From contig OX597826.1 in NCBI GenBank assembly GCA_951406725.2, positions 8,308,001-8,372,000 on the forward strand: a stretch of 64,000 nt of DNA, written 5' to 3'. Position numbers and translations under genes: made by a program. The DNA is from Octopus vulgaris (Eukaryota). The notes under the pieces were generated by a model. It searched no databases, was not told the DNA's origin, and saw only the letters and a list, made by a program, of their open reading frames with translations. Shown piece by piece: positions 57,149 to 64,000 of this stretch. Within the stretch, counting starts at the first letter, position 1; each line of letters starts with the position of its first letter.

Positions 57149-57612
57149 AATATAGAAGATTAGTGATGTGGTAAATGTTCTTTTAAGCTGAATGTATACG
57201 AGTCTTCTGAGAATCCGTATTGGGTGTGTAAAGTAAGCCGCTGAGAAGAATATAACAGACTTGTTCAGAAGAGCTGTGGTTACTGGTGTAAATAGAGAAT
57301 GGAAACTTGAGGAAACAGGATATCTGTAGCCAGGGCATGTTGTGTGTTAATGAATAAAGTATTAACGATCAATCAAAAATCCTTTATATTTGAATGCATT
57401 CGAGGGTATTTTGTGTTTCTGTGTGCGTGCGTATATGAATGTGGTGTAGCAGTGGAACTGTCCAAGGAATGGAACCACTGGTCCACTTAGTCTTTAATTA
57501 CAACCTTGTAGTATTTATAGAGCAAAAGGTTCAAATTCGAACGAGCTCAGTTCAAATTCCAACGACGACAATTTTACCGTAAATTCTTTTCGCATCGATT
57601 CAATAGATTGCT

Positions 57613-57910
57613 GGAGGCACATGGCCTAGTGGTTCGAGCAGCAGACTCACGGTCGAGGAATCGCGGGTTCGAATGTCAGACCGGGCGATGTGTGTGTTTA
57701 GAGCGAAACACCTAAGCTCCACGCAGCTCCGGCAGGAGGTAATGTCGAACTTCTGCCGACTCTTTCGCCACAACTTTCTCTCACTCTTTCTTCCGGCATC
57801 TTGCAGCTCACCTGCGATGGACCGGCGTCCCGTCCAGGCGGGGAACCTATACGCCAAGGAAACCGTGAAACCGGCCCTTATGAGCCAAGCGTGACTCGAG
57901 AAGGTTCAAA
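57613..57910 (+). mobile_element. tRNA-derived SINE family C (V/Meta-domain-like block)
   Basis: A box TGGCCTAGTGG, B box GGTTCGAATG, conserved block CCTGCGATGGACCGGCGTCCCGTCCAGG. Confidence 0.8.
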
Positions 57911-58507
57911 CAGTAGATTACCAATCGAAAACGGTCACTTTTATATTTCGCGTTATGTGTTCCGGTTTTTTACTGAGATCTTGGGTCTCTCAGATTTTAT
58001 CTATCGCTTCCACTGGAGAGAAATACCAAACATCTTCATGTGAGATCTGGTTGCCAAGTTTCAGGAACGTCAAATGAAATGGCATCTGTGCCGAAAGTTC
58101 AAATAAGACTAAGATAAGCTTCACCTTTCTTCTTCCCACGATTCATGGAATGAAGTATCTTACCAAAGTAGTGAATGGACGAAATTTTGTGTGTGTGTGT
58201 GTGTGTATAAATATATAAAGTAGAAAAAAAACACCCTTTATCAATTCAACAATGAACAAATTTAATTATATCATATAGAAAAAAATTACATCCTAAAGGA
58301 AAAATTAAATATAAGATAAAAAAAACATATACTAATGATAAAGTAATGTACAAAATAATAAATAAAACGTATATATTTTATATAATAAATATGTTATTAT
58401 ATAGTTATTACTTCTGCTGACTCTTTCGCCACAACTTTCTCTCACTCTTGCCTCCTGCATCTTGCAGGTCACCTGCGACGGACTATAATTTATATAATAA
58501 CATTGTG

Positions 58508-58563
<56 letters not shown>

Positions 58564-58644
58564 CAGACAGATAGATAAAAAGATAGATAGACAGACAGAT
58601 ATATAGACAGACAGACATATCCATACATACATACATAGATTCAT

Positions 58645-59395
58645 CATTGTTATACTTGGGGATCGTCGTATTTTACCAATTAAACACAAGCACTATATAT
58701 TTAGTCTTCACTTCAGATTGATTATTATTATTTTAGTGTCTGTGTCAAAGCTCTTTTATTAAACAACCTGTGAGCTCATTAGTGACCCACTATTCCACCT
58801 GCCTCCTCTTGTTCTCCTTATTCCATTTTGTCTCTGATGAGGTCACTGGATGTGTGACGAAGACACTAAAATAATAATACTAATAATAAGAGAACTCAGA
58901 GAGCGTAAACCTCCACCAAGGCAACATCAATGTCCTCTCAATGATAAGCCAGAGATGAGTTTTAAAATGAAAATATCTGAAATAAACTCGACTGTTCTCA
59001 CAAACGAGAATACTAAAGATGAACCCGACCGCTCTCAAAAATTAAATTTTATAAAATTAAGTAAAAAATAATTCAGAATTCTTGTCCTGTGCCGGATCAA
59101 TCCCAGAATCTAGCCATTTCGTGCCACTTGCAAGGCCAAACATCTCTCAAAGTTTCATTCGAATCCATCCAGCGGTTCTTGAGATATCTTGTCCACGGAC
59201 AAACACACAAACACGACTGAAAACAATACCGCCGCTTTCGCTAAGGCGGATGTAATACAACTGAAGTGAAGATCAAATATTTAGTGCGTGTGTTTAGTTG
59301 CCAAAAGATGACCGTCCCCAAGTATAACAATATCTGTGCCAACACACGATTTCCCATCAGGAATTTTGCAAAACGAATCCATAAATGTTTATATT
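58645..59395 (+). mobile_element. Fold-back module with broken hammerhead, interrupted by a HINE
   Basis: 58645-58741 is inverted relative to 58861-58878 plus 59258-59330. TGTCT-CTGATGA-G-GTCAC(TGGATGT)GTGAC-GAA lies at 58829-58861. Confidence 0.6.
58880..59256 (-). mobile_element. Helentron-associated non-autonomous element (HINE/DINE-1-like)
   Basis: Minus strand: ATTACATCCGCC(TTAGCGAAA)GCGGCGGTATTGTTTTC, then (GTTT/GTGT)n, GATATCTCAAGAACCGCTGGATGGATTCG..TGAAACTTT, subterminal GGTGGAGGT and a 3' hairpin before a T-rich end. Confidence 0.7.
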
Positions 59396-59399
59396 CATT

Positions 59400-59833
59400 A
59401 CTCTTTTGCTCTTTTACTCTTTAACTCTCCCTTTTACTTGTTTCAGTCATTTGACTGCGGCCATGCTGGAGCACCGCCTTTAATCGAGCAACTCGACGCC
59501 GGGACTTATTCTTTTTGTAAGCCCAGTACTTATTCTATCGGTCTCTTTTGCCGAACCGCTAAGTAACGGGGACATAAACACACCAGCATCGGTTGTCAAG
59601 CAACGCTAGGGGACAAACACAGACACACAAACACACACACGCATATATATATATATATATACATATATACGACGGGCTTCTTTCAGTTTCCGTCTACCAA
59701 ATCCACTCACAAGGCTTTGGTCGGCCCGAGGCTATAGTAGAAGACACTTTCCCAAGGTGCCACGCAGTGGGACTGAACCCGGAACCATGTGGTTGGTAGG
59801 CAAGCTACTTACCACACAGCCACTCCTGCGCCT
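59400..59833 (-). mobile_element. SINE family A
   Basis: Near-consensus full-length reverse copy. Confidence 0.9.
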
Positions 59834-60358
59834 ATATATAAGAAAAATAGAAAGGGCTTTCGTTCTAAAATGGCGTGTAATTCTGTTATGTCGCTGCGGA
59901 GAGAGATAGATTGACTTGCAACAGTACAACTGTGGTAACACAAAATATAGGAATATGGCCAGAAACTGGGTGAATCCTCTTTTTGCGGTAATGGCATATA
60001 TTTGACTGTTACGTCTCTACAATATCCACTTAGTTATTTCGTTTTATCTCCTGTCTCAACCATTTCAAAATGAACTTATGTCTACCATGCGGATAATTTG
60101 ACATTTCTGCAAAATTTACAATTAAGCTAACTGCAATTGCTACAGCTGTTACTGCTGCTGTTGGTGCCATGCTGCTGTTGTTGCTGTTGCTGTTGTCTGC
60201 TGTTGGTATTATGCTTAATTTAATTGTATTCTTCATTTCATATTTTATTCATAGCTTTTGTTTTTATTCCGGTAATTTTTTTTAAAGTTTCTTACGTTTT
60301 GTTTGGAATTAACTAAACTTAACACTTATTTTCAACTAAAAAAATATTCATTACCTAC

Positions 60359-60393
<35 letters not shown>

Positions 60394-61110
60394 TACGTGT
60401 GTCTGTGTGTATGTGCGTGTGGGTGTTTGTGTGTATGTCTGTATATTTGTGCATATATGTGTATGTACACATATATGTACATATATATGTATGTGTCTGT
60501 GTATGTATGTATGTATCTCTCTCTATGTATATATATATGTGTGTGTGTGTGCGTGCGTGTGTGTGCGTACATTTGTGTGAGCGCGTACGTGTGTGTGCTT
60601 GTGCGGGGTGGGGGGTGTACGTATGTATATAATTTAATTTACTTTTCGGATAATATTGCTTCAATTATTTTATCAATTTTCTCTCTTCTCTGTCTGTTTA
60701 CCGTTTTCTATTTCTTTTTCTTTACTTTTTGTTTTTTGCCTTTTCTTTTCTTTTTCTTCTTTTCTTCGATCTACACACATTGCCAATGTTATGCTTAATA
60801 ACTGTCTAAATCTCACTTTCTTTTTCTCAAAAACACATTCCGATACATGTCTTACATTGTATGCAATAAGTATAGAAGAGACTTCTTCTAGGCAAAAATA
60901 AATTCCTTCACGGTGGAGAAGAAGACACATTTTGTTCCTTTCATTCATTCACTAAATATTTTTTTTCTTCGTTCTTCTTTATTTTGTATTTTTTTTTCAT
61001 TCTCTCTTACAGTACTCCGCCATACGTTCCTACACCGTGACCACATTCTCAACACTGTACTACGCCTCTATCACTCCAAGTATATCACTTACTCCGTCTT
61101 TCCTTCCCCC

Positions 61111-61145
<35 letters not shown>

Positions 61146-61605
61146 CTTTTTCTACGATTAAGAGTGTTTTTAAATACCTTCTTCCTTTCTTTTTTTTGTA
61201 TTCTGTCAATAGACATATATTTTCTTATTGAGATAAAATTATTTAGCAATGTAAATGATTTTTTTTGAAATTTCTTCTGAATATATATTTTTTTGCATTC
61301 AACACCCCTTCCTCTTTATTCCAACATGCACAGACATTTTTTTTCTTTTGCTCCATTCAAATTTGTGTATATCATTTTTTTGTTCCCCACCGTATCTCTG
61401 AGTGTATGTGGTGCGTTTGAGAGTCTATACATACATACACACATGCATACATACATAGACACATACATACACATACATATATATAAGTATATATATATAT
61501 ATATATATACATATATATACATATATGTATGTATGTATGTATATTTACATATGCTCATTTGCATGTACATATACATGTGTGTAGACACATATATGGCATA
61601 TATAC

Positions 61606-61653
<48 letters not shown>

Positions 61654-62084
61654 TATGTGTGTATATATGTATGCATGTATGTATACACACATGCACACCT
61701 TTCCATCTGTGGTACACTTTTCAAAAAACACAAAAATTAGGAAAACATCTTCCATAGGTATTTTCATAATTTTCTCTTCTACCCTTCATGCTCTCACCAC
61801 TTCATCCACCTCTCCTCATCCGCGTCCTCGCTTCTCCTCTTGCTGCCTTTCTCTTCTTCTTCTACAATCTCCTTCTTTCTTATTTCTCTCCTTCTTTCTC
61901 AATTTCTTCAAATGCTCTTTTCAATACATCATTTCAATTTCCATCGAAGACAGAATTTTTATTATATTTTTATTTTTATTTTTATTTTTATTTTTATTTT
62001 TATTCTACTTTATTTTATTTTTGAACGTTTTGCTCCGTTATTTTCTTTCATCTGTCTCCAGAAAAGTGGCAAACTCATCCGTGT

Positions 62085-62609
62085 CCCTTTCTTCATCACC
62101 ATCATCGTCATCATCATCGTCATCGTCTTAGTCATAGCCATCGTTATCGTCATAATATTCTTCTTCTTCATCATCTTCTTCTTCTTCTTCTTCTTCTTCT
62201 TCTTCTTCTTCTTCTTCTTCTTCTTCTTCTTCTTTTTCTTCTTCTTCTTCTTCTTCTTTTTCTTCCTCCTCCTCATCATCATCATCTTCATCATCATCTT
62301 CATCTTCGTCTTCTTCATCACCTTCTTCTTCTTCTTCTTCTTCTTCTTCTTCTTCGTCTTCATCTTCTTCTTCTTCTCCTTCTTCTTAACCTGGTTCCTT
62401 CTCCTCCTCCCCCTCCTCCATTTTTTTGCCTCGTTCCTTTTCTTCAGCATCATCAGCATAGTCATTTCCTCCATCCTCTTTCGTCGTCGACGTCGTTGTA
62501 AATGAAGTCTTTGTCATCAGCATCATAATCATCATCATCATCATCATCATCACCAACTCAGTGCTTCCCCTCTTCCTGCTTATGTTCCTTCGCCTCATCA
62601 TCTCGTCAC

Positions 62610-62668
<59 letters not shown>

Positions 62669-62710
62669 ACATCATCGCCATCACCCTCAGCAGCAGCAGC
62701 AGAAGAAGGT
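62085..62710. repeat. (CTT)/(CAT)n low-complexity tract
   Basis: Directly visible. Explains the poly-K/F/D/S ORFs. Confidence 0.9.
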
Positions 62711-62951
62711 TTTTCGCAGTTTTTCTCTTCCTGTCTCAAATTTGTTATGTATATCGCCGGATCTTGAAAAAGTTCTATATGCGTGTAGAGGAATGTATCA
62801 TATACACATACATACACATACACACACACATACACACACACACATACACACACACATATATATATATGTATATCTGCTTGTATGTATGTGTGTAAAATAC
62901 AATCCTCAACACATATACGACGTTATATATATATGCATATATATATATATC

Positions 62952-62990
<39 letters not shown>

Positions 62991-62996
<6 letters not shown>

Positions 62997-63068
62997 AAAG
63001 GGCTTAGTAAAATAAATTACTTAGTAAAATAAATTACATTATATAAAAGGGCTTAGCAGAAATTCTTC

Positions 63069-63073
<5 letters not shown>
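62991..63073. repeat. Rearranged fragments of the 117-452 family
   Basis: TATATAAAAGGGCTTAG occurs twice and TTAGTAAAATAAATTAC occurs twice, within (TA)n. Confidence 0.75.
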
Positions 63074-63121
<48 letters not shown>

Positions 63122-63358
63122 GTACATACATATACATGTAAATATATATATATACACACATTCATACGTACATATATGTATCTATACGTGTGTGTTTGTG
63201 TATATATGCATTCGTTCCATTTTCTTCTTACTTTTCTTTCACCTTAATCTTAAACTATCAATCTTCACCACAGTTTCCCATAATCCCTTCGTGTCTCTCA
63301 AACCCACATTTTCCTCTTGGAATCCTCTATTTTTTTTAGTTAGAGACTGGTTTCGTAA

Positions 63359-63405
<47 letters not shown>

Positions 63406-64000
63406 ATCTCTCTCTCTGTCTGTCTCTCTCTCGCTCTCGCTCTCTCTCTTTTTCTGTTAGTCCATCATTCTTTCCATCCAATCCTGTTACACCATTTTCT
63501 CTCATTCACTCTCTCTTTCCAATTCTGTCCTTCTCCCACACTATCTCTCTCCCCGTCTCTCTGTCTCTCACACTATCACTCTCCGGCTCCTTTCTCTCAA
63601 ACACTTAATATATGTTGTTTACAATTACCCCAGATGCTTTCAGTTTCATTATTTTCTTTCTATAATTCCTCTCTCACTTGAAAATTCCCTTTCACACTTT
63701 CCTTCTTTATTCTGCTTTCTAAGTTTTCTTAGCTTGATCGTTTCAAATCTCTCTCTATTTTTTGCATATGTGTGTGTGTGTGTGTGTGTGTTTGTGTGTG
63801 TATGTATCAATAAATAAATGTGTGCGCATGTGTGTGCATGTTTGCGCGTGTATTTGTGTGTATGTATGTATATATGTATACAAACACAAACATACATGTC
63901 TCTCTTTCACTCTTTCCCTGTCTCTGTCTCTGTCTCCCTCTTTCTCTCTCTCTCTCTCCATCTCTCTTTATATATATATGTATATCCATACATACATATA

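Noticed and set aside
57613-57690. tRNA gene
   Set aside because: A/B boxes are present but continue into a SINE body found in several copies, so this is a SINE head and not a tRNA.

Overview
This is AT-rich, microsatellite-dense eukaryotic intergenic or intronic DNA. The SINE families suggest a coleoid cephalopod such as Octopus (inference). I found no supportable host gene, and nearly all listed ORFs are microsatellite artefacts. The only real coding sequence comes from transposons: a young, 5'-truncated R4/Dong-type RLE LINE (4621-7147, minus strand, one 1-bp frameshift) inserted in (TAA)n, two shorter Dong 3' stubs, several CR1/L2-group LINE 3' remnants and a mariner remnant. There are three tRNA-derived SINE families, two non-autonomous Helitrons and a Helentron/HINE. 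The main hidden signal is a set of short non-coding modules inserted in (TA)n tracts. Many are long fold-back palindromes, and many carry minimal hammerhead ribozyme motifs (about 12, several with an intact core and a palindromic, covarying helix III), as expected for Penelope-like pseudo-LTR derivatives. One motif (20549-20608) appears to be a non-circularly permuted, pseudoknotted hammerhead. All coordinates were read by eye, and repeat boundaries are approximate.
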